Source: Podarcis vaucheri (lineage: Eukaryota). From it: a stretch of DNA of 64,000 nucleotides. The notes under the pieces are model-generated. The model ran no database searches. It was not told the origin of the DNA and worked only from the letters and a program-made list of their open reading frames with translations. Shown here piece after piece: positions 28,652 to 42,258 of this stretch. Within the stretch, counting starts at the first letter, position 1; the number at the start of each line of letters is the position of its first letter. The stretch is taken from assembly GCA_965113315.1 (NCBI GenBank), contig OZ220364.1. One strand, written 5' to 3'. Made by a program: the position numbers and the translations under genes.

Positions 28652-30077
28652 GTGGTTTGTGTGCCAGCTAGGTGCTTGGACTGGCACTTGCCTATCTCTC
28701 AGTCTTTCTCTCTTCTCAGACCCAGTTTGTCCTCTTGAAATCTTTTTAAAGTCTGTTATAATATGCAATCTTTCACTAGAATCAGACATCATGTTTTGAA
28801 AATTCCAGAATCATAGGAAAGTTGCTCAGGAAGGTCCAGTTCAGAGGAGCAAATAGTTGAGATGTGGGTCAGGCCAATATGGGTTGAGCTTCAACTGAAG
28901 GTGAAGGAATCGTGTGACACTTGGATCTCATGACAGTCCACATTTACAGCACCCTGAGCAACCTACTGTATGAAGTTTTGGTAGCATGACAAAAGGGAGA
29001 TGAGTTGCAAATTGTACTTATGGTGAATCAGCTACAAGATCTTTTTGCCATAAACTGAACTCAGCCTGCGCTTGCTCATATTGCCTTCTTGCCATGCTAA
29101 TTTGATCATATGAATTCACCTTACCTTAAACAAAGGAGGAGGGGACTCCAAAGGTGAAGCAAAACCTCACCACCACCTAGATCGTAGGGGCTCCAAATGA
29201 GTTAAATGGAGAAGTATGAATTTTGATGCTCAGTGTTCATATGGCTGTTCTCAAAATATTTGTCCTAAAGATAAAATTGCAGTTATGCTCTGTATCATGA
29301 ACACAGTGTCATTTGAGAGGTAAATCCATCCTGGCACATTACATGTCGTTTTCAGTCACAATCTACTGATTTCTTTCCACAGTCATAAGTCTACTACCTT
29401 ATTGGTACAGATGTTCCTCTGTAGTGTGCATTTGGCTCTCAGCCTATGAACTGGGAGAATAGGAGTGATTTCTCCAAGAATACTAGCAACGCCCTCTTTC
29501 CTTGCATGATTTTATATCTGGCAGCCTTAGGAGAAAGCGCCTTAGGAGAATTCACCTCTGCCTCTTGATGTGTCCTGCAGGCTCCAAAGACTTTGCATAG
29601 CATATTTGAACCATTTGTATATCAATGGAGGCTGCACCATTAAGGAAAATGGGATGCTGCCCCACCAATGTCTATCTGCCCTCAGCCAGCCCCCATCTGC
29701 CTGCCTTCCTCCTTACAACCAGTCCAGAGAATGGCACTGGCTGTCAGCTTCTTCCTCTCAGTGTTGCCTTTGTAGTACTCACCAGGAAGGAGGTTGAGGA
29801 AAAAACCAGAATTAGGTTGTTCTGGGTCTAGTTGCATTTGGTTTCTCTACTTTCTACCACACCAGTCCACGCCAGTCACCACTTGTATATGGGGTTCCGC
29901 AGGACACAGCAGTAAGTACAACAGCCTGCAGATCCAGAATCTAAAATGCTCATTGCCTCTGTCTTGTATTCCTGGATTTCGGTAGGAAATATATTTATGA
30001 GAGCTAGAGAGTGAGAGGTCGAATCATGTTTAGCAGAAGAATACTTAATGACTAGAGGTTGCCAGCAGCATGAGGCC

Positions 30078-30153
30078 AGAATAGAATCATAGAATCATAG
30101 AGTTGGAAGAGACCAGAAGGGCCATCGAGTCCAACCCCCTGCCAAGCAGGAAA
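30078..30153 (-). mobile_element. CR1 LINE extreme 3' end
   Basis: agaatcatagaatcatagagttggaag...gtccaaccccctg is the reverse complement of the CR1 (ATTCTATG)n tail; followed by an 18-bp tandem duplication at 30155-30190. Confidence 0.75.
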
Positions 30154-30537
30154 CAGTAGATTCTGTGTTTGAAGTAGATTCTGTGTTTGAAGTCCATTGA
30201 GTCCTTTAATCTTTGGTCAGTTGTTCCACATCTGTCCCTCTCAGCTCCCCCAGATCTGGCATCCCATGTGTCGTGACCCCATTGCTTCAGACATGGTATA
30301 AAAATGTATCTTTCTGCCCAGGCTTTCTCTGACCCATAAGATTGCCCCCTTTTTTTACTTACATGAATTCTCTGAATTCTTGTTTTTTCTTGGTACTGTT
30401 TTACTTGTTTTATGTTGTATTTCTATTTTAATTATGTTGTTTATTGTTTTTTAATGTTGTGCACTTCTTAGAGGCTTTTCAAATACTAAGAGGTTTATAA
30501 ATGTTTTAAATAAATCCATCTGCTTTGCCTAATCCAG

Positions 30538-30651
30538 TCTGTAGAGATGCGGGAGATGCCAAGGGAGGGCTACTCAGACAGTGACCAGTACCTGCCCATG
30601 GAAGGTCATGGACGTGCTGCCTCCATGCCACGACTGCCTGCTGAAAACCAG
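30538..30651 (+). CDS. CACNA1A: CACNA1A exon 43 (cassette)
   Basis: 114 nt, cag| and |gtgagg; [38 protein letters not shown]. Confidence 0.95.
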
Positions 30652-33600
30652 GTGAGGGTTTTTTTATCCAGCCCATTTTGAACTTGAGGGCTGTGATGAC
30701 CTCCCCTTCCTTGCACTCTCTTTTGCTCATAGGGGTAGCAGTGATCCTCATTGTCACCTGCACATCAAGGAGGTAGCAATGTTTGGCTTAGTGCTACTCG
30801 GTACTGGTGCAAACTGAAAGAATCCTTGAGTCTTCCTGTTACACATCTGTTTATTTAGGGTGTGTATATCACTCTAAGGAACAGCATGCTCTTTCCAGGA
30901 ATCGTTTCAGCTTATTAACATGTGCCGAAGGCTTTGCTTTCACACAGGAAATGAAAGCCCTGGGCAAAAGGGGCACCTGAACAAAGAATATTACGTATTC
31001 TGCAGGGGATATGCACGTCAATGACATGTGTGCATCTCCCCATTATGTGTAGTTTAGGTCTAAATGGCATACTAAATCCCCCCCCCCAAGAAAGGGCTAG
31101 ACTTTATAATACTACCTTTCCTGCATTACCTCTTCATCCTGCAGATTCTCCCCACCCACTTCATGTTAAACCCTTTAAATTCACGGAAGATGTTCATGAG
31201 ATGATACTTCCTAGCAATACATCACAGAATAATGTCTTACATACAAGACAGCAGGTGCCTGTCATCACAATTTATTGGTCCAAATATTAGGGGAAAGCTA
31301 TCAGGCTTTCTCATTAAAGTCAGCATTCTGTTGTAGAAGTCATCCCTTATATTTCCAATGCTACCACTGCCTTCTCCTGCAGTGATTCCAATGTAATGGG
31401 TCCACTCCAAGTCCCTTTAGGCAGCAAATTCCCTCAATACTTTTACAACCTTCTGATCTTTAGCATCTAGTTAGTAGAATACCAAGTAATCCAGACAGCT
31501 CAGTTAAACAGCTGGGTAGCAGCAAGACTGAAGTGGATATTTTCTTCCAGCCTTGTGGCAGTCAGAATCACATGATGAAAAGAAAGTCAGAGCAGATGTG
31601 TGTAGGCTGTTTGGCCTCCTCACTGCCACCAGTCCAACTAAGATCATGGAGTTATACCATGGTGCATTTATGCCCTGCGGGCATTGAGTGCCTGCTACAC
31701 ATTTCTTTCAATTTGCATCAGTAGCAGGTGCACAGCAGTAGCAGCATTTGCTGCAATACACGTGTCAGCTCTCCATTAGCAGATCCAGCCCGCTGTGTCT
31801 AAGGATGGAGATGTTAAGGAGGAGAATGAGACATTTCCCTTAAGAAGCATTGAAATATTGGCATGTGAATGTAGTAAAGCAACAAATCCTTCCTGAGAAG
31901 AGAAATTGCACCTCTTTGTCAAGGAAGGTGGCAGGAGGGTCCTCTGAGTAAGTAACATATGCCACAAATCCCAGCCATGGGACAGAGCACCCTATCAGAC
32001 AGGAATGTGGAACACTGGGCCTCTAGATGTTGTTAGATTTCAACTCCCATTAGCCCATTAGCCAGTGGTCAAGGATGATGGGAGTTGTAGTCCCAAGGCC
32101 TTCTGGAGAGCCGCAGCTTCCCTATTTCTGCTCTGAGACCTGGGATCTGGGAATCAGGTTTCTGATCTTGTCTTTTCACTTCTGCTTTCCCACTGGGTTT
32201 TCACTTAGGGCAATCACCTCTTGTTGTCTTAAGTGGTCTTGTTTTGAAGGCATAATTTCTGCTAACTTGTTGCTTTGACCAGGCTGGAATTTTATTTTAC
32301 TTCCTTGGCCCCTGGAGGGCTGTTTTGGTATGCTAGCCTTGTGCTAACTCTTCACTTCTCTGATGGGGAGTGGAGGAAAAGGCTAAATTAAACTGTGGCC
32401 TGTCACAGCACAGCTGCTGTCAAAGCAAAGCCCGCGTCCTTCTGCAGCTACCGTCCAGCTAGTAATGTACGCTTCCTGATCTGGCATGAAGCATGCTTTA
32501 TAGTAGCAAACTTTACAGGGTTGTGAGATGCTATTCCAGCAGCCAGTGTTGTGCAAGGCGGAAGGTGGGGATGGGATAATGGGCTGGGGGTGAGTGCTCT
32601 TTGCTAAGCATGTGCCCAGCAGCAGTCGCTCTTAGCATGCTCCGCTGTGTAGCAGCATTTACTGCCGTACCAGCAGGCTAAGCATATTTGTGTCTCTGTG
32701 TATATGTGTGCAAGTGAGAGCTTGGGCATATTATGAGGTGAAGACCATGGACAAAATAAATACATTATCTGCTACAATTAGTTTATAACTGTGCCTCCCA
32801 ATTCTACCGAGTAGGGTCTAAATTGTAATTCATAAGCATCTTAGCAGACACAACTTGTTAAAAACATCAGCTATGGCAACCTAGCTACCAAACACAGACC
32901 TTCCCTTTAAGTCAGAGGTACATAAATCATGGTTGTCTCGCACCAAAGCTCAGCATCCTGGACATCTCCCTGTGCAAGCTGTCCTTCAACCTAGTAGGCC
33001 CATTGGTCTTGGAAAGGTCCCAGCAGCAGGCTGCTTGGCATCATCCACACTGCATTTTCAACAAAGGTTTCTCCCTTTGATTCAACAATAGGTTTTATTA
33101 CTCTTAAGATAGTTGTTTTCAAACCTGTTCTGGAGACTCGGGTTCCTCAATGGGTTCCTCAGTAGAAGAATAGTAATGACAGATAGACCTTAAAGAAGAC
33201 TTGCCAGCCACTAGCAATCTTCCTTTGCAGTACAGAGCCTGAGGGAAATTCTAAGGAGCACATTTTCCTCATATGTGGGCTTTGTGAAGCAACCCAGCTG
33301 GTCTGAGAAGTGCACTATGTGAACTAAATGTTCTCCCTAAAACTCTCAGCACAATTTTTTGCAATATACAGATGCTCCTTAACAGAAAGGTCAATGTGAT
33401 CAGGGTTCTCTGAAGGCGAAGAACTTGAAACAATGGCTTTAAGGCATAGGTTGCCAACCTCTGACACAAGCATCGGAGTTTGTAGTACATGTCGATGGGA
33501 AATGGAGGACCTCTGGACCTAACAATGGCTTGGAATCACAGTGCTCCTACCTGGTTCTCTCAGGCTGTGCTATTGTCTACTCCAGTAGACAGAAGCAAAA

Positions 33601-36556
33601 TAGTTCCAAGACACTAGAACATTTTATTATGTACTGCAGAGTGAGGCTGAGTAGCACTGTATTATTCTTTAGATTTGATTTGTGGTTGTACACTTGCCAA
33701 AAAAAAAAGTTGGCCACTTCTGCTTTAAAGCATCTTAGGCGTTTTATCGCTGCCGGATGCTTGCCTGCTATGCCTGTCTGCTGGAGTTGGACTGATAAGA
33801 CCTTCTGTGCAGTCTTGATCCAACATCAGCACAGCTCCTAGAAGACGATCCAGTATGTAATAGAAAGTGTTGCTTTCAGTACAGCTGTGGTGATGAGTTA
33901 CAGTGCAGAAAGGGGGCATCTGTTTGCAGGGAAGGAGGTGAATGGCGTTGGTTCTCCTTTACTTTTTTGCATGAGCTTTGCATCTGGTAATCAAACCTCA
34001 AAATGACAGAGGGAGTTATGGCGGGATGAAGCTGCTAAATGCTGCACATCTACTGCCCAAAATACGGACAGGCTAGAACTTCCTAAAACCAGAGTAGGGA
34101 ACTTGTGGCCCTCCAGATGCTGTTGGACTACAACTCCCATCATACCTAACAGTTGGTTATACTGGCTGGTATTGGTAGGAGTTGAAGTCCCCAAAACATC
34201 TGGAGAACTGCAGGTGCTCTGTACCTGTCCTAGAGCCTTCCATCTCTGTACCTGGTTCCAGTTCTTCTGAGTGAGACTGTGTGTGGCCAATGGGAAGAGG
34301 TCAAAATGGAAGGCTCCCCACCCTGCCCTAATCCAATAAGCAATGCTGTCTCAGTTCACCAAGCCTATTGCAGCCGATCTGTATAAGTAGGAAACAAACC
34401 TCCCCCACTGCCATTTGTAGGCCTATGACATATAGCCTTCTTTATCCCTACAGATTAGAAGAAGGCCATAACATTTTTAAACAAAGTAATGTAACACTGG
34501 GTGATAACTGCCACACTGCATGTAGTTTGCCTTCTCCAGTTTGGCAATTTCTGTCCCTGTCCTAGCACAGGCACTTACATACCTTTCTTGTCGCAGTGCT
34601 GTCATGATGCTGGTGTTCCTATAAACATTCTGCCAGCCCTTTTGTAGCACTGCCCTTTCCCTTGGTACTCTCACACATGCACCTTCCTACTGCCACTTTC
34701 CATTGCAAAACTTACTCTCAGCTTGTGTCCAGATGCCAAATTCCTGTGCTGTGGTCTTACTCTGTTGCTGTAGCACTCAACCATGAGTACAGGAAACTTT
34801 TATAGGAGAAGCCATGTACCTTTTCCACCAGGTCATCCCTTTCCTGCACTTCCCTCCAGACTCCAGATGTGCATACTGCTGGGGTTGTCCTGGCCCTCCT
34901 CCTGTCACTTAGCTCTGGGTTTCGGGGAGAGGAGCAGATGACTGGAGCAGTCTTGGACTTGTCTTCCAATCTCCAAAGTTAGTTTTGTCTGGAGGCAGCC
35001 TATTCAGAGTGACTCCTCTCTCTCAGTAATACACTCTTATGGATGTCACACTGCAGAAAACATCCCCATGATAATCGTGTCCCTTGGCTGCCTAGGTGGG
35101 CTCAGTGCTGAACTCTGCAAGAGAATTATTGTTGTTTGGGTCTTTTTGAGGAGGACCCGTAACAGTTCCCAATACCCAATCAGAAAACTCCTGATTCTTC
35201 CTCAGAAATCTTGGCCTATCGTGATGAGAAGTGGCAACAGCCTTTAGATCAGAAATATGTGTAGGTTGTGTGATTGCTGGGCAAGAATACTAAGCTGGGG
35301 TGATTTGGTGGAAACTGATGCCTTTCTTATCAGTTAAGGAGGACTGATTTTGGAGAACCAAAGGTCTAAAATAAGGCATTCTGAAAAAGTCAGGTTAGTG
35401 GGAATGTTTTTAGAACCATAGCGCTGCAAGGGATGCAGCTTCAGCATGTCTGCCAAAGGCCCAGCCAGCCTTTGCTTAAATACCTCCAGTGAATCAGAGC
35501 CCATCACTTTCCAATGCACCCTGTTCCACTGTCAAACAGCTCTGTGACCACCTATGATAAATTCCTTCCCTAATTCTCTCCCACATCCACACCCACATAT
35601 ACAAATATAGTTGCCTTTCTCTCCATCCAAGGTAAATGGTGATTCATAGCCTTTATACCAGTTCGAAACAATGCAAGAATCAAGACGCTGAATGTTTCCA
35701 TTTCAGCAGTCACATGTCTGACCAGAAGCTACTCTGATCAAGAGAGAACACCCATGGCAGCAGCACCTACCAACATCATTTACCAAATAAAAAAGGCAGT
35801 ACAGCCATTCATATTCTATTCATTAGTCCCTTTCAGCATGACACTTTTCTCATTAGGCTTCAGAGTTAGCATACAAAGAATCTCCCAAACTTTGCTTCCA
35901 TCCAAAGAAATGGCAAAAAATTCATTTCTTGGAATTCCCAACATTGTAGGTATGTCCAAGGTTACAGACCTCTATTTCTCCACTTATCAAATCCTGCTCA
36001 GGGCTTCCTCTGCAGTTTCCCCTTGCCTTACTCTGCCTCCTTTGGGCTGGGTTGCGCTGGCAAGGCCAAAGTCGCGAAGACGAGGGGGCCCAGCCAATCA
36101 GTGAGAGCAGCTCTGTGTGTAGGGGTGACTGTCCCCATTTGGGCCGTGCACAATGTTGCAGCTTTTAACAGTGGCTGAGGCTTGTTGCCGCATGTTTTGG
36201 GTTGGGGGGGGAGTGTGTGGCCTTGCTGTTGTCTCCGCTGTGCTGCTCAACTCATCCCTACTGAGAACTGTCCGTCCCTTCGTGGCGTCTATCTTTGTTT
36301 ATCTTGGTTGTCAAGAGCAACCAAATATCTGAGACTATGAGCTTCCAGCATTGGGCTGGGCTGGGCTGGCCTTGTGCATAAATGACCAACATTAACCTGA
36401 TTGTTCTCTCCTTACACTCCTCCCTTCAGTCCTTTACCATATTCTGGTTCCTCCACCCTCCCCTTTGGTCCTATATTTCCCTTTGCCTTTATATTTATTT
36501 CCTTCTCTCTCTCTCTTTCCCGTTTCTGTGTGCACCGTCTTGTATGGCTGCGACAG

Positions 36557-36592
36557 TGGAGGAAGGCGCGACCGCGAGGGAATAATCTCAGT
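36557..36592 (+). CDS. CACNA1A: CACNA1A exon 44 (36-nt cassette)
   Basis: cag|TGGAGGAAGGCGCGACCGCGAGGGAATAATCTCAGT|gtatgt = WRKARPRGNNLS, matching mammalian RRRGRPRGNNLS. Confidence 0.92.
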
Positions 36593-39500
36593 GTATGTAC
36601 TGCAGCCTGGGCTCCTGGCTCTGTGCGCTCGCTGCCTCCAGTTCCCTTCCCTTGGGCTCCTCAGACTAGCAAGCTGCCAACTCCTATGTGTTTATCTTCA
36701 TGCACACCTCTTTCTCTCTCTTACTCTATTCCCAATTGCTTTTGCTGCATTCAAAGCTATGCAGGCAAAAAACTTTCTCTCCAGCCCATTCTGTCCTCAT
36801 CTTGTCTTCATTAGGCTTTCTCTTCCTTTCATTCACTGTCCCTTTCTGCATACCTTCTTCCTGCTTTCACTCTCTCTGCTTCAAGCCATAGACTTGATTT
36901 TCTGCTCCTGCCTCTGTTGTCTGCCATGTTAGTTTTAACGGGTGCTAAAATAATTCTTTAAGCACTCTAGCCCAGTAACAGGCTGGTTTTCTGTCATCAC
37001 ACCAATTGAAGCTTTTCATGTGGCCAAAACATCCTTTGGGCCAGATGAAGTTTTTGTTTTGTCTATTTACTGGGCCTGCTGGGGGGAAAGTTATATGCGT
37101 GTCTACAGCCCCACACTCATTCTAACCATAGTTCTGCTCCTTCCTCATTTCTGTTGCCTTTTTTCTTGGGCTGTGAAAAACTTAGCTGGTAACCTATTGT
37201 ACCTTCCAAGGGCATTTTAAAGATTTAATGGACCAAAACCCACTTTATTAGACATGGTAAGTGTTGCCTTCAATTGGTGTGTGTACATACACATCTGATG
37301 AAGTGGGCTGTAGTCCAAGGAAGTGTAAGTTCAGTGGGGCTTCTGAGTAGGCATGAATAGAATTACACTATAAATCTATAGCTCTCTAAGGTGCCACAAA
37401 ATGCCTTGTTGCTTCTTCTGTCTGTCAGATGCCCAATTACTTATTTCCATTTTCCATCTGTTTTGTGGGGTGGATGGGAATTCTTTCTCAATCTGGACCA
37501 GCTATCCATTCTCACACTCACTCCACCAAATCCTGGATTCTGTGTGTCCAACATGTTCCTCTCTTTCTTCTCTAATATGATCTGCCCATTTGCAGTTGTT
37601 GAATCAATGTGCATTCAACCAGGCCTTCCAGAAACAACTGCTCAGCAGTGAGCCACCAGAGCAGGAATTGCCTTTTATTTCACTGCAAAAGCACTCATCT
37701 GCTGAGCTGAGAGTGTTAGGGCACATGGGAAGCTTTCCTTACTTTCTAGCACATGCTTTTGGTATAGAATTGTGTTGCCTGAGCAAAGTGATGGTGTGAC
37801 ACTGAGCTTTTTGTGTCTATTTATCTGCTTCCCATGTGTGGACTGGGCAGCCGAAGCACAGCCTACCATTTTCTGAATTTGCTGAATTGACAGATATGGT
37901 GTGACCAAGTCTTGATTGTACTTGAATGTGCATATTTGAGATCCACAATAATGTTGTGCAGAGAGCACCTAAGAGGGATAGTTTCTCCAACCAGCTCTAT
38001 TAATTTTTACTTGATACAAAAGGAGGCATTCTATCAAGAAAACTTCCCATTTTAATTAGAAATGTCTGTGGTTTTCTTGGCAATCTCCCAGAGAAATTTC
38101 TGTGCCTCTTTCCTTCAATTCTGAAGCACATCTAGTTAGAGGAGGGGATCGCAAGATGGAAAAACTTACAATCTGGATATGACTGGCTGTACTTCCTACA
38201 GCAGGATCCCTTAAGAGCTATGAATGGCTGTCTTTTTCAATGAATGTACTTGCTGAAACTGCCATGTTGTAGAAGATACCATTGTTCTTGTTTACTTTTT
38301 TCAAAATTGACCGAGCCTCTTTTAAGAAATGGTTGCTAGCTTATATGTGATGCTATTTTAAATTATCTCTGTCAATTTCCGACCCTTTCCCAGATGTCTA
38401 CCACAGCATGTTCCCTTCAGTCTCAGTCTCAGAATACCCACCCAAATAGATTCTGATGAAACTGTGAGGTAGGAGTCTTACATGTCTGAGGTGACTGGAT
38501 TAGCTTAACTCCTTTTTGAGAGTTATTTGCAACTTTGTGGTAACTTGTTTGATTTTAATTGTGGTTCACCATGCACAAGCAGCCCCATGCTGAGGTTACT
38601 CCAAGAATAATCTATTGGAGAGAGGTTTCTGGAAGGCCTGGTTGCATATGCATCTGCACCTATATATAGGTGGGAAAAGGGGAAGGACAACTGAAAGAGC
38701 ATCAGTTACAAGTGAGTAATTTTTCTCTCTCTTGTCCTGTGAAACAAGAAGAGTCAGGTGGCTCCAGCAGGGAGGGGATTGTAAGCAAGAGTGTTATTTC
38801 TGGCTTTGTGTTAAATATGGGCGAGTTGACTACTAGGATTTCTGGGTTGCATACTGAGACGTGGGATTATTTGGTCAGAGCAGTATGACTGTGGGGTCGG
38901 GAGTCCTGGTTTCTTTCTTTAGCATTTCCTCTTTCTGAGTTAGTGTGATTTCAAGGGGAGGGAACAATGTCTTAGTATAATGGAGAAGTGTTAACCTGTC
39001 CAAGGCAGGGATAGTGTGTGGAACCTTGATCCCTGCTCTGCAATGGAATATACTGCTTTCAAGTGGTAAGAAACATGTTTGTTTGCACATGGCGATATTA
39101 ATTTGTCTTTCCCTAAATTTACCTAAATTAAAATAAAATAAAACAATAATGAACCTTTGTTAGGCAGAATACAGTGATGTGTGTGTGACTGATCTTTTTC
39201 TGATACTCTAGAACTCCAATACTTTGGGGTATGCACAAAAAGGGTAGAAAATGTAGTTTCACTCCCAGAATGGATATAAGATAACGTTTTCTTTGTGAGC
39301 AACATTTACAGTTCACCTTATAAGACTCCAGCTAGGCATTTAGGAAGGCATTCAAGTTACATAGTAGCTGCCGGAAACTGTATAGCCATTTCTGGACAAA
39401 TTTCATGGCTGTTTAAAAAAATGTTTTTTAAAAGTATATGACTGGTGGTGCTTTAAATAAATATGGTTGATACTACACACGGCCAGTTCTGGCAGTGCTT

Positions 39501-40242
39501 GCTGTAAGGCATTGTGAGGGAAATGTGACCCTCAGGAAGTTATTGGACAACAACTCCCATCATCTCTGACCATTGGCCATGCTGACTGGGGCTCATGGTA
39601 GCTGGAGTCCAACAACATCTAGAGAGCCACAGGTTCCTCACTGCTGCTGGAAAGGACATGACTGAATGTTTCTCACAGTACCATTCCTACAGTTAATATA
39701 TCAAGTCATATTTCACAACCATTTCTGAAGCTGTTCAGCCTGGAATGTGGTCCAGGGTGCATTAGATATGTTTTTGGAGACAAGGTAGTCTTCAGTGCAG
39801 TTATGGAGTGTTCTTCATGAGAAAACCACCACAGATGATATCATTTGAAAGTGACTACTGTCCATACATATGTAACTGAATTTATGACTTGTGTCCTATA
39901 TTGTTTCTGAAAGGATGTGTTAAAACCACTAGCAGCATAATCTCCAAAAACATCCCTCATACTTTTCTGTTAATTTGGTCCCTTTTCATTTTCTCGATCC
40001 AGATGTCTCCAATATCTCTTGACCAAAAGTTTGGATGATATATATCAACATCCATCCCAAATGAGCTATGATTAAATCTCTGTGTCACAAAACATAATGA
40101 TGTATAACTTTAAGTATGCATCCCAACTCAAGTGTGATTGCTACTTCAGACCCAAATTATATATTCAGGATGACACATCTATCAAATGAAATAATCTGTA
40201 ACATACTATAAAGGACCATAGAATGGCCCTATAATGCAGGGA

Positions 40243-40665
40243 AGGGCCATAGCTCAGTAGCAGAGCATCCGCTTTGCATGTAGAAAGTCCTGTGTTCAAT
40301 TCCTAGCATTTCCAGGTAGAGGAGGAAGAGAAGCTTGTCTGAAATCCTGAAGATCTGCTGCCAATCAATATAGACAATACTTAGATTGCTGCTCTGACTC
40401 AGTACAGTGGTACCTCGAGTTACAGACACTTCAGGTTACAGACGCTTCAGGTTACAGACTCCACTAACCTAGAAGTAGTACCTCGGATTAAGAACTTTGC
40501 TTCAGGATGAGAACAGAAATCACATGGCGGCGGCGGCAGCAGGAGGCCCCATTAGTGAACGTGGTACCTCAGGTTAAGAACAGTTTCAGGTTAAAAACGG
40601 ACCTCCAGAACGAATTAAGTTCTTAACCCGAGGTACCCCTGTATAGGGCAGTCTTATATTCCTAC
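40243..40665 (+). mobile_element. Squam3-type tRNA-derived SINE interrupted by a MITE
   Basis: gggccatagctcagtagcagagc (A box), gttcaattcc (B box), body ...gacaatac...tctgactcagTA resumes as tagggcagtcttatattccta after the MITE. Confidence 0.75.
40405..40641. mobile_element. Tc1/mariner MITE, family A copy 2
   Basis: TA-cagtggtacctcgagtta...taacccgaggtacccctg-TA. Confidence 0.9.
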
Positions 40666-41120
40666 TGTCTGTTGCAGATTACTGCATGTGAATATCTTTT
40701 GGTCACATTGAAATTTGCAAATCAGAACTCTGTGTACACAAGAATAATAAATACAGTTACATGTGTGTCTTTTCGCCCATATTAAATCAAAGTTGACACA
40801 AATGTGTTTTATTTTACCTGTACAAGCAATATGTAATTTGTGACTTCTAGGTTTTATTTCAACCTAGTGGTATTCTCATACAATAATAATGTAATTCAGA
40901 AGAAGTTGGATGAATTTTTAAAAGCTTTTTTATTCTGTAAGACTTTGTAGATGGCTTTTTGTTATTCTTGTTGTTCTGGCTTGTTATTGTGTAATATTTT
41001 GAACCAGGGCTGTACAGATGTTGTTGGACTCAACTTCCATTAGCCCCAGTCAGCACGGCCATGGTCTTGGATGATGAGCAGTCCAACTACCTCTGGAGAA
41101 CCACAGTTTAGCCATCTCTA

Positions 41121-41477
41121 CAGTGGTGCCCCGTAAGACGAATGCCTCGCAAGACGGAAAACCTGCTAGACGAAAGGGTTTTCCATTTTTGAGCTGCTTC
41201 GCAAGACGATTTTCCCTATGGGCTTGCTTTGCAAGACGAAAACGTCTTGCAAGTGTTCCGATTTTTTTTCACTCCCCCCCCCCTTTTTCTAAGCCGCTAA
41301 GCCCCTAATAGCCTTTTAGCTGCTAACCCGCTAATCCTTTAATAGCCGCTAAGCCTGTAATAGCCGCTAAACCGCTAATAGCGCTAAGCCGCTAATAGGG
41401 TTGCTTCGCAAGACGAAAAAACCGCTAGATGAAGAGACTCGTGGAACGGATTAATTTCGTCTTGCGAGGCACCACTG
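41121..41477. mobile_element. Tc1/mariner MITE, family B copy 1
   Basis: TA-cagtggtgccccgtaagacgaa...ttcgtcttgcgaggcaccactg-TA; gcaagacgaa subterminal repeats; internal ccgctaa repeats. Confidence 0.9.
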
Positions 41478-42258
41478 TACTTTAAACCAAGATCTTTCTG
41501 GCTGAGCAAATCTGAAATACCAAACCCAGATTCTTTGAAGTTGTTTTAATATATCATGGTGTCAGCCCAACCCAGTAGTTTTTGAAATTGATGTTGTGAG
41601 TAAGCACAAGGTAACATAGGGTAGGGGTGGGAGTCACAGGGCATTTGGCAGCATTCAGATTTTTCTATGGCCTCCTTTCTACTAAATCACTGCCTTCCAT
41701 TTTTTGCTTTTATTGATCACAAGATGGCCTCCAAGAGCCTTTGCAGATTTTCTGGTTTCTTGAAATGTACCTTGAAATGTCTTTATTCCTAGAGATAGCT
41801 GCCTATAAATGTAGATAATGAGCATGACCCCCAAAACCTAAGAAGGAAGAAGTAACGAGAGGTCTCAATTCAGCTCCAAGACCCAGTCGTCTTGTGCCCT
41901 ATTCAAGAAGAGGGGTGCCAGACAATGATTTGAGCAAAGCTGAGGAAACCATATAAGAATCTTGGGAGTTGTTACTGGCACCAATCTTAACATACAATGA
42001 GATGTATTGTTGTCCAGTACTATAATATCAGGTGTACCTTCACGTTCCGTAATAAAAGAACAATGAATGGCATTTGACAAATTACTTAACGAGGGAGATT
42101 TTTCCCCTAATGCTAATTACTGGGCAGTGGGGACAGATGGGGGGGGGGAACTTATGCCTCTTCTCCAAGCACACTACATTTCTGAGGACAATTCCACTCC
42201 CTACCCCCACACCTGGCATTTAATTTTAAAAAAACAACAACACATCTATGTCATATGT

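Noticed and set aside
37290-37335. Second hammerhead motif in a Penelope remnant
   Set aside because: CTGATGA is present but GAAA and the cleavage triplet have degenerated
40243-40320. tRNA gene
   Set aside because: Degenerate A/B boxes continue into a SINE body; no intact cloverleaf
41290-41400. CRISPR-like or telomere-like short repeat array
   Set aside because: Degenerate ccgctaa repeats inside a MITE in vertebrate DNA; no spacers and not (TTAGGG)n
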